Below, piece after piece: positions 9,329 through 19,757 of a DNA stretch of 64,000 bases; position 1 is the stretch's first letter, and the number at the start of each line of letters is the position of its first letter. Under the pieces are notes generated by a model. The model saw only the letters and a program-made list of their open reading frames with translations. It had not been told where the DNA came from and searched no databases. The stretch comes from Nitrospinales bacterium. Lineage in GTDB: Bacteria; Nitrospinota; Nitrospinia; Nitrospinales; VA-1. The position numbers and the translations under genes were made by a program. The stretch is from positions 2,848,001 through 2,912,000 of the forward strand of contig CBDCXL010000002.1 of NCBI GenBank assembly GCA_965223795.1. The letters run 5' to 3'.

Positions 9329-10369
9329 TCAGTTTCTGTTTTTCGGGTCGAAGGAGAAGCGTTCCATCAGGTAGCCCAGGCAGTCCTGATGCACGATCGT
9401 TTCGTTGGTGGTGAACATCGAAGGCACGACGGAGCGTTTCAGGCGGATCTCGCCATTCTGGTATTCAATGTATTTCCCTTCCACGTCGCGGTCGTTTTCG
9501 TCGAGCACGGTGAGCCGCATCCGCTCGTTGTGGCGCCAGCCCAGCAGGCTGTTTTCCGGCAGTTCGGCGAAATTGTTGCCGTCGATGTCCTCCAGGAAGG
9601 TGAAATCCAGGCCGTCGGGGGCGTGGTTGAACCCGATGCGGCTCTTTCGGGGAACGTGGATGCGGGCGATGCTGTGGTAGATGTACAGTTCCTCTTCGTG
9701 CACCGGAAAATCGGGAACCGTGTCCAGCTTCAGGCATTTTTCCAGAAATTCGAACGCGTGCTGCACGCCGTAAGCGTCGTCCGGCTTGCCGCTTTCGATG
9801 GTGATGGCGGGGCAGTGATCGGACATGGCGAGGGAGAGCACCTCTCCCGGCCGGGTGAAGTACACCAGGGTCGGGCTGTACAGCCGCGCCAGATGCACGA
9901 AGGGGGCGTCGAGCCGGTTGAGGCAGGCGTAATGAGGGTTGCGTCCGGAGGTGTTGTGGATGTCGATGCAGGCGAACACGCGCTCGCGCTTCAACCGGCG
10001 CAGCACCTCCCCGGCCATGGCGTGTTCGGGCAGATCGCCGCCGGTCCAGATGCGGTTGTAATCCGGCTGCCAGGAAAACCGCCTCTGGTTTTCCCGCGCC
10101 GCCAGTACGTTGCCCACAAAGATCAACAGGCTGCGGGGCAGGGGATCGCCGCCGGGCCCGTATTTTTTCAGCAGCTTCTGCAGCGCCGCGATGCCCGTCG
10201 GTTCGTTGCCGTGCAGCAGGGTGGCGACGAACAGCGGCGGGCGCATATTTCCTTCCACCTCAATCAGCGACGGCCCCGGCAGCACCCGGTGCAGCTCGTT
10301 GACGGGCGTGTCGAGAAAACCCTCGGGGACGGAATCGAATGTGTGGAGCCTTGTTTCTAGATTTGCCAT
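9329..10369 (-). CDS. M14 metallopeptidase (succinylglutamate desuccinylase / aspartoacylase family)
   Basis: LHGNE, DYNR, IDIHNT and TIESG zinc/catalytic motifs. Confidence 0.8.
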   Translation of the reverse strand: MANLETRLHTFDSVPEGFLDTPVNELHRVLPGPSLIEVEGNMRPPLFVATLLHGNEPTGIAALQKLLKKYGPGGDPLPRSLLIFVGNVLAARENQRRFSWQPDYNRIWTGGDLPEHAMAGEVLRRLKRERVFACIDIHNTSGRNPHYACLNRLDAPFVHLARLYSPTLVYFTRPGEVLSLAMSDHCPAITIESGKPDDAYGVQHAFEFLEKCLKLDTVPDFPVHEEELYIYHSIARIHVPRKSRIGFNHAPDGLDFTFLEDIDGNNFAELPENSLLGWRHNERMRLTVLDENDRDVEGKYIEYQNGEIRLKRSVVPSMFTTNETIVHQDCLGYLMERFSFDPKNRN

Positions 10370-11796
10370 CGGTACACCGGTAGATTCTGTTTCTGGTATT
10401 CGTAATAGCGCTGCGTCATTTCCTGAAAATCCGATCCGTTGGCGGCGATGAAGGCGCGCTGCCAGCCGGCTCCGTTCTGACCGCCGCGCAGCCGGTTGGT
10501 CATGACCTCGCCGATGTAAAAGTCGATGTCTTCCTGGTCGATGCCGGCCGCTTGCAGGCCCTGCCCGGCGGCGGGAAGCAGATGGTCTGTCAGGACGGTG
10601 CGGATCGGTACCGGCTCCGCATTACCGGGCCAGATGATTTCGGCGTCGAGGCCGAAACGGGCGGCGCGGTAAAAATTCTCGCGGGCGTCCTCGAAAGAGA
10701 GGTCGCACTCCAGCGGCCTTTCCCGCGACACGAAATGGTGCACCAGGCCGACCAGGAACGCCACGTTGGCGATGGTGTCGCACAGGCTGGGACCGGCGGC
10801 GGGCACGCGGTGCTCGATGCGGATATGCGGCTTGCCGTCGCTGCTCAGGCCGATGAGCGGGCGGGTCCAGCGCCAGATGGTGCCGTTGTGGAGCCGCAGA
10901 TGGTTGAGCCAGTTGGAGTCTTCATTATACACCAGCGGCAGCAGCACCGGAAATCCGTCCAGGTTTTCCAAAAACGGCTCGAGGATCGATTGCTTGCAGT
11001 AGCCGGTGCCGAAGGTGACGCGGCCGATGCTGCGCCCCTGCGGGTCGGGAAAGCTGGCCACCGAAACCGACTGCTCGAACGTGGGGATGCGGGTTTCGTC
11101 CCACAGGTCCTTGCCGAACAGGTAGGGGGAATTGGCGGCGGCGGCTACCATCGGCGCGGACAGGATCTGTGACAGGTTGTAGTGACGCACCGCTTCGTCC
11201 GCATTCACCTGCAGGTGGATCTGCAGGGAGGTGGCGGCGGCTTCCAGCATCACGTTGTTGTGCTCCACGCGCAAGGAATCGCGGCCGTCGATCTTGAGGT
11301 TGAGCGGTTTGCCGCCGCGCAGTTTCAGCACCTGCCGGTTGAGCGCGATGTAGCGGTTGAGCGAGGACATGTTGTCCATGTTGAGCACCTCGCCGCGGAT
11401 GGTGGGCAAGATGCCGATGGCCATCACTTTGGCCTTCAGCTCCTCCGCGTGGCGCTCGCAGGTTTCCCACACCCGCGACAGCTCGTTTTCCAGGCGGCGG
11501 AACAGCGGCCCCGACACGGGATGCGGCGTGCTGTTGATCTCGAAATTGAATTTCGCAAGCTCCGGCACCACCAGATGGCTGTTGACGTTTTCCAGAAAGG
11601 GTTCGTTGAGCGGGGCGGGATGAAAGTGCTGGTCCACCAGCCAGGCTTCCAGCTCGAAACCGCAGCGGGTTCCGGAGCTTTCGAAATCGCCTTCCTGAAA
11701 CCAGTTCATCAGAACGCGGGTTTCATCGCGCAGTCTCAGCTTGAACTCGCGGATGTCCTCGCTGGAAAAATCGCAGCTCGTGATTTCATCGCCCAT
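10357..11796 (-). CDS. Glutamate-cysteine ligase family 2 (GCS2) carboxylate-amine ligase
   Basis: GFELEAWL, ELAKFNFEIN, TSLQIHLQV, AAANSPYLFG, NGTIWRWTRP, RIEHR. Confidence 0.85.
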   Translation of the reverse strand: MGDEITSCDFSSEDIREFKLRLRDETRVLMNWFQEGDFESSGTRCGFELEAWLVDQHFHPAPLNEPFLENVNSHLVVPELAKFNFEINSTPHPVSGPLFRRLENELSRVWETCERHAEELKAKVMAIGILPTIRGEVLNMDNMSSLNRYIALNRQVLKLRGGKPLNLKIDGRDSLRVEHNNVMLEAAATSLQIHLQVNADEAVRHYNLSQILSAPMVAAAANSPYLFGKDLWDETRIPTFEQSVSVASFPDPQGRSIGRVTFGTGYCKQSILEPFLENLDGFPVLLPLVYNEDSNWLNHLRLHNGTIWRWTRPLIGLSSDGKPHIRIEHRVPAAGPSLCDTIANVAFLVGLVHHFVSRERPLECDLSFEDARENFYRAARFGLDAEIIWPGNAEPVPIRTVLTDHLLPAAGQGLQAAGIDQEDIDFYIGEVMTNRLRGGQNGAGWQRAFIAANGSDFQEMTQRYYEYQKQNLPVYRWQI

Positions 11797-11933
11797 AAAA
11801 CGATTCCTGTGTTTGGCGCAAACGGGGTGTCTGGAATGAAGTGTGATAACGGAAAGGCCGGGCGGTCCTCCGGACCGGCCGCATCCCCTTTATTATTATG
11901 AAGGTACGCCGACGGGGGAGCAACCGTCAATTG

Positions 11934-12812
11934 TCAGGTTTCCGCTGCGGCGGCGCCCGCCATAGCGAGATCCTCGAAGTCCTCGATGTGGTCCTGGATC
12001 CGGTTCACCAGATAGGTTCTCTGGGCGGGGGTCAAAGTCTGATCGATTTTGACCAGGATTTCCTTCCACTCGGCGTTGCGGCGGCGCACCTGATCCATGA
12101 ATTCCGGGCTCCAGCGCAGCTCCGGCTTGCGCGTCCACTCGATCAGCTGCGCATCGAGATCGGCCGCGGAGGGGGCGGATTCGAGCAGCGCGGCGAAGTT
12201 CTGCTGAAATTTGCGGCGGTTTTTCAGGCGGTTTTCGATCCAGGAACGCTCGAGCGTGATCCAGGGGCGGATCGTTTCTTTCTGGGCTTCTTCCAGCGGC
12301 CCCACCCATTTCGCCATGACCTTGAGCAGCCAGTCCTGTGCGTCGGCCACCATCTCCGCGTCGGTCATGGCCAGCTGCTTGATGAGAAACTCGTTGCCTT
12401 CCGCAAGCTGAACTTTGAGATGGTCGATCTGACCGGGTTCGAGGCTGGTGAGAAATTCGGCGAAATCCGGCGAAAAGCGGATAAAAAACCGCTTGAAATA
12501 GTTTCTGTGATCCTCCTGCAGCCAGTCGATGTCCCCGGCCGTGAGCCCGCGCCCGATACGGGCATTGAGGTCTTTCAGGGTCGCGACGATGTCGGGCAGC
12601 TCGTTTTGCCGGTGCCAGACGAACAGCCGGTCGATCTTCTCTTCCAGGAAGTCGCGCTGGGACGCGTTGACGTCGAAATACTTGTCGATGGTGCGCAGGA
12701 TGAACCAGTCGGAAAAGTGGTAGGCGATCTTGGTTTTGCTGCAGCCCGCAAGCAAAAGCACAAGCAGTGCGATGCAGACGGAGCGAGGATGATTTTGCAG
12801 GATCTGTCTCAT
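11934..12812 (-). CDS. Lipoprotein, DUF6279-like
   Basis: Lipobox LLAGC, then YHFSDWFI, WHRQNELP, LTPAQR; start uncertain (12812 or 12869). Confidence 0.7.
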   Translation of the reverse strand: MRQILQNHPRSVCIALLVLLLAGCSKTKIAYHFSDWFILRTIDKYFDVNASQRDFLEEKIDRLFVWHRQNELPDIVATLKDLNARIGRGLTAGDIDWLQEDHRNYFKRFFIRFSPDFAEFLTSLEPGQIDHLKVQLAEGNEFLIKQLAMTDAEMVADAQDWLLKVMAKWVGPLEEAQKETIRPWITLERSWIENRLKNRRKFQQNFAALLESAPSAADLDAQLIEWTRKPELRWSPEFMDQVRRRNAEWKEILVKIDQTLTPAQRTYLVNRIQDHIEDFEDLAMAGAAAAET

Positions 12813-13077
12813 CTTCCTGAAATCAAGAACGGCAAGCGCGTGGCTTGATGTTTTTATTTGCGCCTGCATTGAAATTTTTCAAGTCACGGTTCGCAAAAAT
12901 TATAAGCGACTTCACAACAATTTCGCATGAATTTTCTTTGAATCCCGAGCCGACACAGGATGCGTGCAATGGAAGGGCGTTTCTCGAATTGGAAAATTTC
13001 AGATATCGTTGTAAACTGTCCTCGCCGGAACCATTCTTCGTTTTATTTTCTCTCCTCTTCTTCTTAAGGAACACGTT

Positions 13078-13578
13078 ATGCTGGGTCAAACCCTGAAAGT
13101 ATTCAAGGCTTTGAACTCCGACGCCAAACCCTGGCAGTTGAGCCTGGGGATCGTGTTCGGCGCCTTTCTGGGGCTGACGCCTCTGTTGAGCCTGCACAAT
13201 GCCGTGCTGTTGTTTCTGGCGTTCGTCATCACATTGAACATCGGGCTCATGCTTTTGAGTTTCGCGTTTTTCTCAGGCGTGGCGTACCTGCTCGATCCGT
13301 TGTTTCACAAAATCGGTTACGCGGTGCTGACGAAAGATTCGCTGCACGGGTTCTGGACGAATTTTTTCAGCTCTCCGCTCGCGGTGCTGGGCAACCTCAA
13401 CAATTCGATCGTGATGGGCAGCCTGATCTTCTCGGCGATTCTGGCGGTACCGCTGTTTCTTGTGAGCAACGTGCTGGTGAGCAAATACCGGCAGAACATT
13501 CAGGGTTTCCTCGACCGGATTCCGCTCATCCGATCCCTGAAAATCGTCCGGGCCTATCAGGCCGTTGGCGGAAATTGA
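13078..13578 (+). CDS. TIGR03546 family membrane protein (DUF2062-like)
   Basis: ALNSDAKPWQLSLG..G.FLGLTP, LDPLFH.IG, NNSIVMGS. Confidence 0.8.
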   Translation: MLGQTLKVFKALNSDAKPWQLSLGIVFGAFLGLTPLLSLHNAVLLFLAFVITLNIGLMLLSFAFFSGVAYLLDPLFHKIGYAVLTKDSLHGFWTNFFSSPLAVLGNLNNSIVMGSLIFSAILAVPLFLVSNVLVSKYRQNIQGFLDRIPLIRSLKIVRAYQAVGGN

Positions 13579-13654
13579 GCGGGTTTTTGTACACATTGCG
13601 GCTGGTGTTCTCGCCCTTGAATGCGTTTTTTCAAACGACCGTTGGAGCTGAACG

Positions 13655-15481
13655 ATGAAATTTCTGAGGTGGCAGGGCCTGGTGGCGTTTCTGATACTCG
13701 GCGGACTCGGCTGGGCGTTTTTTGCGCTGTTTCTCGACGGGCTGATCGAGCGCGGGATCGAGCAGCAGGGATCGAAAGCGATGCAGACCCAGATCGACGT
13801 CGGCAAGGTGGACACCTCCCTGCCCAATCAGGCGGCGGCCATCCATGCGCTTGCGGTGGCGGACCCGGACGATCCGATGAAAAACACGGTCGAGATCGGC
13901 GCCATCAAGTTCAATGTCGATGCCGGCCGGGCGGTGTTCAAGAAGGTGATCATCGACGAGATGGTGGTGGACGGCATCCGATTGAACCAGAAGCGGGAAA
14001 CACCGGCGAAATCCTTTAAGAGAACGGAAAGCGCCGAGGAGGAAGCGGGCGCGCCCGGCGAGCCCGGCAAGAAAAAATCCGGCCCGTTCGATTTTCTCAA
14101 GGACCTCTCGGTGACCTCACCCGAGGAAATCCTGAAGAAGGAAAAACTCGCATCCCTGGAAGCGGTGCAGACGACGCGGCAGGAGATCGAGGACCTGAAG
14201 GCGAAATGGGAGAAGAAGCTGGAAACGGAGCTCAATCCCAAGGTGCTGGAGGAAACCAGGAAAAAAATCGAGGGGCTTCAGGGCAAAGCCGGGTCGGGGG
14301 TCGGCGGTGTGGCGGAATCGATCCAGGAAGTGCAGAGCATCAAGCAGGAGATTCAAGGCAACATCGAAAATATCGCCAGCCTCAAGGAGGAACTGCAAAA
14401 GGATGTGGAACGGGCGAAACAGCGCGCCGCGGAGCTGAAGGACCTGCCGAAAAAGGATTTCGAGCGGCTCAAGAACAAATACTCGCTCGACATCAAGGGC
14501 GGCAGCAACATCCTGGGGACGATCTTCGGCGATGAGATCAAGCAGAAGATCGATCTGTTCTGGCATTACTACGGCAAGATCAGCCCCTTTCTGAATAAAG
14601 GCGCGGATACCGAAGGCGCTGCCGATGAAGAGAAGGAACAGGAAGAAATCAAATACGAGCGCGGCGAAGGCGTGTTCGTGAAGTTTCCGGAGAAAAACCC
14701 GTTCCCGGATTTTCTTGTGCGGCACGCAAAATTGTCCATGGATTTGTTCGGCACCCAGGTCGCGGGCGACATGAAGGACCTTTCGGACAACCAGCGGGCG
14801 TACGGCAAACCGGCGGTGATCGACTTCAATTCCGGGCAGAACGACGTGTTCGGCAAATTCGACCTGCAGGTGAAGCTCGACCGCACCAAGCCGGTGTCCA
14901 GCGATCTGGTGTTTCTCGACATCGCGGCTTTGAAGCTCACGGACATCGCCGCCGGGGAGGACATCACCGTGTCCCAGGGCAACGCCGATATCAAAAGCTC
15001 GTTCACCATCGCGGATGAAAAGGACCTGACCGGCGTGCTGAAAGCGGATCTCAGCGGGCTGTCCTTCCTGATGGCGGAGAAGAAGGACGACGAGATCTCC
15101 AACATCATTTCCTCGGTGCTGGATTCGGCGAAACAGTTTTTCGTGCAGATCGGCATCAAGGGGACGCGCGAGGATTATTCGCTGGACATCAAGTCGGATC
15201 TGGACGGCATCATCGCGGGCGCGGTGAAGGGCGCGCTTTCGGGCAAGATCGCCGATCTGGAGAAAGGGCTGAAAAAGTCCATCGCCTCGGCGACGGACGG
15301 GCCGATGGCGAAGGTGAACGAGGCGCTGGGCGGCGTATTGAAATTCGAGGATCTGCTGGGCGATAGGTCGTCGGCCTGGAAGGACCTGCTGGCGCAGGCG
15401 ACGAAAGGCGCGGTGCCGATTCCCGGCAAGGACAAGCTGCCGATCCCGGACGACCTGAAGGGGTTCAAGCTGCCGTTTTGA
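13655..15481 (+). CDS. TIGR03545 family protein (N-terminal anchor, AsmA-like start, long coiled coil)
   Basis: LRWQGLVAF N-terminus, ADPDDPMKN, coiled coil, PDFLVRH; follows its usual TIGR03546 partner. Confidence 0.8.
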   Translation: MKFLRWQGLVAFLILGGLGWAFFALFLDGLIERGIEQQGSKAMQTQIDVGKVDTSLPNQAAAIHALAVADPDDPMKNTVEIGAIKFNVDAGRAVFKKVIIDEMVVDGIRLNQKRETPAKSFKRTESAEEEAGAPGEPGKKKSGPFDFLKDLSVTSPEEILKKEKLASLEAVQTTRQEIEDLKAKWEKKLETELNPKVLEETRKKIEGLQGKAGSGVGGVAESIQEVQSIKQEIQGNIENIASLKEELQKDVERAKQRAAELKDLPKKDFERLKNKYSLDIKGGSNILGTIFGDEIKQKIDLFWHYYGKISPFLNKGADTEGAADEEKEQEEIKYERGEGVFVKFPEKNPFPDFLVRHAKLSMDLFGTQVAGDMKDLSDNQRAYGKPAVIDFNSGQNDVFGKFDLQVKLDRTKPVSSDLVFLDIAALKLTDIAAGEDITVSQGNADIKSSFTIADEKDLTGVLKADLSGLSFLMAEKKDDEISNIISSVLDSAKQFFVQIGIKGTREDYSLDIKSDLDGIIAGAVKGALSGKIADLEKGLKKSIASATDGPMAKVNEALGGVLKFEDLLGDRSSAWKDLLAQATKGAVPIPGKDKLPIPDDLKGFKLPF

Positions 15482-15615
15482 TGCACTTTGCGGTTCTGGT
15501 ACAATAAGCCGTACCGTTTCAGTGCGATGGACCTTTTTGAATGGCGATCCCCGGCATTTGCACTGAACACCGGCGGTGACGGAAAGACGGGATCGCGGCC
15601 GTAAAAGGAGCGCTC

Positions 15616-16398
15616 ATGCGGACCTGGGTGATGGCGGGCTTATTTCTGCTGGCAGGCTGCGCTTCGGTGGTGGCGCCGCTTGAGAAACTTTCCATCGAGC
15701 CTTCGGAGTTGACGCCCTGGGCGGCCACCGAGGCCTGGGGCCGGGTTCTCGATTCGGCGGTGGACTGGCGCGGGCAGGTGGACATCGTGAACATCGCCGA
15801 ACAGCCGCGCGACCTGCATCTGTTCGTCGCTTTCATCGGACAATACAGCCCGCAAAGCCATCCTGAGCTGTTCCCCACGCCGGCGGACGCGACCGCGTTT
15901 CACATCAACGCCTACAACGCGCTGGTGCTGTACGGCGTGGTGCTGAACGGGTTTCCCCGCGATTTCAATTCCGCCTACGCACGCAACCGGTTTTTCCGCA
16001 ACTCCCGTTTTCTGATCGGCGGCGAGGACCTCTCTTTACTGGAATACGAACAGAGCCGCCTGCGGCCGCTTGCGGACGCGCGCATCCGTTTCGCCCTGTC
16101 GCCGATGGTGCGCTCCGCGCCGCGGCTGGCGAAGACGCCGTACCGGGGCAAAACCCTCGATCGGCAGCTCGACGCCGCCGCCCGCCGCTTCATCAACGAT
16201 CCCGTGAACGTGCTGACGCTGGAAAACGAGGAGGTGGTGCGTCTTTCGGAACTGTTCCAGATCTATGAGGAGGAATTTCTGCAATCCGCGAAAGCCCCCT
16301 CGCTCATCGCCTATGTCAACCGGTACCGGAAAAAGAAGATTGAGGAGCCAAGAAACGTCCAGTTCATCCCGTTCGACTGGATGGTCCGTTACTGGTGA
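15616..16398 (+). CDS. DUF547 domain lipoprotein
   Basis: Lipobox LLAGC, AFHINAYNA, DARIRFAL, QLDAAARRFIN, FDW. Confidence 0.8.
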   Translation: MRTWVMAGLFLLAGCASVVAPLEKLSIEPSELTPWAATEAWGRVLDSAVDWRGQVDIVNIAEQPRDLHLFVAFIGQYSPQSHPELFPTPADATAFHINAYNALVLYGVVLNGFPRDFNSAYARNRFFRNSRFLIGGEDLSLLEYEQSRLRPLADARIRFALSPMVRSAPRLAKTPYRGKTLDRQLDAAARRFINDPVNVLTLENEEVVRLSELFQIYEEEFLQSAKAPSLIAYVNRYRKKKIEEPRNVQFIPFDWMVRYW

Positions 16399-17044
16399 CA
16401 AAATCGCGATCCTGCTCTTCCTGCTGCTTGCGGTCCCGGCCGCGTCGTCTTATGTCTCCGCGGAACCCGCCCGGATGATCTCCATTCCCCAAGGACCGTT
16501 TGTCATGGGCGGCCCGCCTGATGAGGCGCGGCGGGTGGAGCTTGCGGCGTTTCTGATGGACCGCACCGAAGTCACCAACCAGCAGTACGGCGCGCTGGTC
16601 CCCGAACATGCGTATCGATCCGGCGCCGAGATGCACCCGGTGACGGACGTGAGCTGGCGGGAAGCTCGGCGTTACTGCGAGTTAGCCGGAAAGCGCCTGC
16701 CCACCGAGGCGGAATGGGAGAAGGCGGCGCGCGGCACGGATGCGCGTGTCTACCCCTGGGGGGCGAAGCCGCCGAAGAGAAAACCGCATCCTTTTTATTC
16801 CGGCCTCATCAAGCGCCGGGTCGGGCTCAACCGCAAGGACGTGTCCTTTTACGGGCTGCGGGACATGGGCGGGTCGGTGTGGGAGTGGACGGACAGCCAA
16901 GTGGATGAGAAAGTCGCGGTGCGGGGCGGGTTGTGGAACCTGCACCTGGATTACCAGTACAGCAAGACGTTCGAGCGGATTGCGATCGCGCCTGAAAGCC
17001 GGTTTCCCTTTCTGGGGTTTCGCTGCGCGCAGGCGCAACCCTGA
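16395..17044 (+). CDS. Formylglycine-generating-enzyme (SUMF1/EgtB/PvdO) domain protein; start uncertain, possible 1-nt indel
   Basis: TEVTNQQY, HPVTDVSW, KRLPTEAEWEKAARG, YPWG, DMGGSVWEW, GFRCA. Confidence 0.8.
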
Positions 17045-17104
17045 ATGGATGACCAACGATTCGTTGACGGGCAACGCTCAAAACACGGATCGTGAAAGGA
17101 AGGC

Positions 17105-17842
17105 ATGATACGGATGTTGTGGACACGCCGGTTTTTTCTGACGCGCGGGCTTTCGGCCCTGGGCGCGCTGGCGCTGTCCCTGTTTTTCAGACCGGCGAGG
17201 GCGCTGGCTGAGACCGATGATTTCGCCGGCACCGACTTTGTCGGCAAGACGCGCAAAGGCCGCTATCAGAAGTTTTACATCAACTACTGGAAACCGATGC
17301 GGCGCATCCGCCCGGAGCGCTGGCGGCTCGAAGTTTCCGGGTTGTGTGAAACGCCTCAGTCCTTCGACCTGGCCGCGGTGCGGGCGTTTCCAAAACGGGC
17401 GCGCAGTTCGCGGCTCAAATGCGTGGAGTGCTGGTCCGCCCGCGCGCTGTGGCAGGGATTCGAGTTTGCGGAGATAGAAAAACGGGTGCGGCCTCTGCCC
17501 GAGGCCAAAGGCGTGGTGTTTCACTGCGCGGACGCCTACGTGGAGCATCTGTCCCTGGATACGTTAAAGCGCGAGGAAGTGCTCCTGGTGACGCACATGA
17601 ACGGCAAGCCGCTGACCGATGAGCACGGCTTCCCGCTCCGGGTCATCGCGCCGTTCAAGTACGGCTACAAAAACCCCAAGGCGATCCTCAGGATGGAGTT
17701 CGTCGCCGAGGTCCGGTACGGGACCTGGAGCAAGATCGGTCCCTACTCGCCGGACGGCACCATCCTTCCCGGCACCGACCATCCTCTGGAACGGGACAAG
17801 AAGCCGCACCGCATTCCCGGCGGGGAAGTGCTCGACTACTGA
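17105..17842 (+). CDS. Tat-exported molybdopterin-dependent oxidoreductase, sulfite oxidase / MsrP family
   Basis: TRRFFL twin-arginine signal, LKCVECWS (Mo-ligand Cys), HGFPLR, PFKYGYKNPK. Confidence 0.8.
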   Translation: MIRMLWTRRFFLTRGLSALGALALSLFFRPARALAETDDFAGTDFVGKTRKGRYQKFYINYWKPMRRIRPERWRLEVSGLCETPQSFDLAAVRAFPKRARSSRLKCVECWSARALWQGFEFAEIEKRVRPLPEAKGVVFHCADAYVEHLSLDTLKREEVLLVTHMNGKPLTDEHGFPLRVIAPFKYGYKNPKAILRMEFVAEVRYGTWSKIGPYSPDGTILPGTDHPLERDKKPHRIPGGEVLDY

Positions 17843-17900
17843 CCGCAACGTATCTTCGCGGCCGGAAACCGGGGATGTTCGGACATTTTCGCGCGGCCCG

Positions 17901-19031
17901 TCACAGGGTTTTCTTTACGATGAGGTAGGACTTGTAGGGATCGGCATTGAGAGATTTTAAGATGTTGATCATGACCTTGTTGTCCTCGAGGATCCAGGAC
18001 ATTTCCAGATTGCGCATCTGATCGCTGGTTTTGGTCAGGGCGTTCTGGATCATCCGCTGGTAAAGCAGGATGTCGAGCCCCTGGTTGCGGAAGCGGCTCT
18101 TGACGCCCATGAGCAGAATCCTTCCCGTGCGGATGTATTTGCGGAAGTTGAGCAGCTTGAACACACCGGTGGGAAAGAGCCTGCCTTCGGGGATCTGGGC
18201 GAACACTTCGTTGATGTCGGGCAGGGCCAGGAGAAACGCCGCCGGTTCATCATCCTTATAGAGAATGTAGATGAAATCGGTGTCGGCGAATAGCTTGAGC
18301 TGGCTGGCCATCAGGTCGATCTCGGCGTCGGTCATCGGGACGAAGCCCCAGTTTTTATTCCAGGCGTCGTTGTAGATATCCAGAATGATCCGCAATTGCG
18401 CTTTGAGGTCCCCCATGTCGAAATTGCGGATCTCAACCGAATCCCCCTGTTCCTTGGACACCCGGCGCGCCATGGTGGTGAACAGACCGGGAATTTCCGT
18501 GTCCTTGTCCACGAAAAAGGCCAGCAGCTCCTTTTCCTTCACATACCCCAGGTCCCTGAGCAGGCCGGGGTAATAACCGTGTGTGTAAGGCATCATGATC
18601 GCCGGGGGTCTGTCGAACCCGCGTATGAGAAACCCGACTTCATGGTTGGTGGAGAAGTTGAACGGGCCGAGGACGGACTCCATGTCGCGGGAGCGCAGCC
18701 AGTCCTCGACGGATTGCATGAGTACCTGCGCAACCTCTTTACTTTCAATGGCCTCAAAAAAGCCAAAAAACCCCTGACGGGTGTCGTAATGCTTGTTGAA
18801 ATTTTTGTCGATGTGCGCGGTCACCCTTCCCGCGGGTTTGCCGCCGTCATAAGCCACGAAACAGGCGACCTCGCTGTGCTGCATGAACGGGTTGTCCGGG
18901 CTGAAAAATTTTTTTCTTTCGATTCTCAAAGGAGGGCACCATTGCGGCACATTCCGATAAAGAGAATAGGGGAGGCCGATGAAATCTTTCATTCCTTTTT
19001 TATCGCCATCGACCTGCTTGACAATCACCAT
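17901..19031 (-). CDS. YghO-like GNAT protein, bacterial ceramide synthase (bCerS) family candidate
   Basis: FIGLPYSLY..WCPPL..ER, NPFMQH, GRVTAHID, GFFGFFEA, GPFNFSTNHEVG.LI.GF, IYNDAW..NWGFVP, MGV...FRNQG, EMSWILEDN. Confidence 0.75.
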   Translation of the reverse strand: MVIVKQVDGDKKGMKDFIGLPYSLYRNVPQWCPPLRIERKKFFSPDNPFMQHSEVACFVAYDGGKPAGRVTAHIDKNFNKHYDTRQGFFGFFEAIESKEVAQVLMQSVEDWLRSRDMESVLGPFNFSTNHEVGFLIRGFDRPPAIMMPYTHGYYPGLLRDLGYVKEKELLAFFVDKDTEIPGLFTTMARRVSKEQGDSVEIRNFDMGDLKAQLRIILDIYNDAWNKNWGFVPMTDAEIDLMASQLKLFADTDFIYILYKDDEPAAFLLALPDINEVFAQIPEGRLFPTGVFKLLNFRKYIRTGRILLMGVKSRFRNQGLDILLYQRMIQNALTKTSDQMRNLEMSWILEDNKVMINILKSLNADPYKSYLIVKKTL

Positions 19032-19757
19032 GCAAAGGCTCCAAATGTGCTACATTGCTTGTAGGATGCTGCGGATGGGTTCAAATTTATAAGACGGACT
19101 GCATTTTCCGGGAACATTCGACAAGGGGCGGAGAAAAGCTAAATAATTAAAATGTCTTCAATAATTAATTTGATTTTCAGCAGTTCGAACATTTAAAATA
19201 TGCCCCTCATTGATCCGGAGGTTCCTGATTCGTGGCAGGAAACATTCCAGTGATGGAAAAGCGATGAGATCGAACCTTCTTATCCGAACGGTTTCAAGCA
19301 TATTGGATTTGTGATCACTCCTTGCTCAGGGCAGAACTTCCCGGAGGAAAGCCATGCGCCCGCACCCCGAAAATTTTATCGCATCGTGACCGGTCTTCAG
19401 AATTCGGATACGCCCCCTTTGCGCGGGCCGATCGGATATCCGGGATCAGTGCCCCATACGGGTGACGCATCACAATGAAAACGGTCTTGTTTCCAGTATG
19501 AGAGCTGTCAATCCATGTCTTTCCGGAGACAACCGGAGCCGGTTTCAGATTCAAATGGAGCGCTGCAGGCAATCCTGGGGTCTCGGTTGAGAATTTGGGT
19601 CTGCGGGCCCGCAACGGGATGGCGATGCCGCTCACAAAGAAGGAGACTTTGTTACCGTTAAACGAATCGGAAAAAAAAGTAAAGCGAAAATTTCCGGGAG
19701 GACCCGCATCTTCCCCTCACGACTCAAAGAATATCAATCCGTTTCATTTCCGGTCTC

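Noticed and set aside
19315..19635. 106-aa ORF in the GNAT-PKS intergenic region (also 33406..33717 and 12823..13197)
   Set aside because: Atypical composition, no recognisable motif, and located in probable promoter regions.
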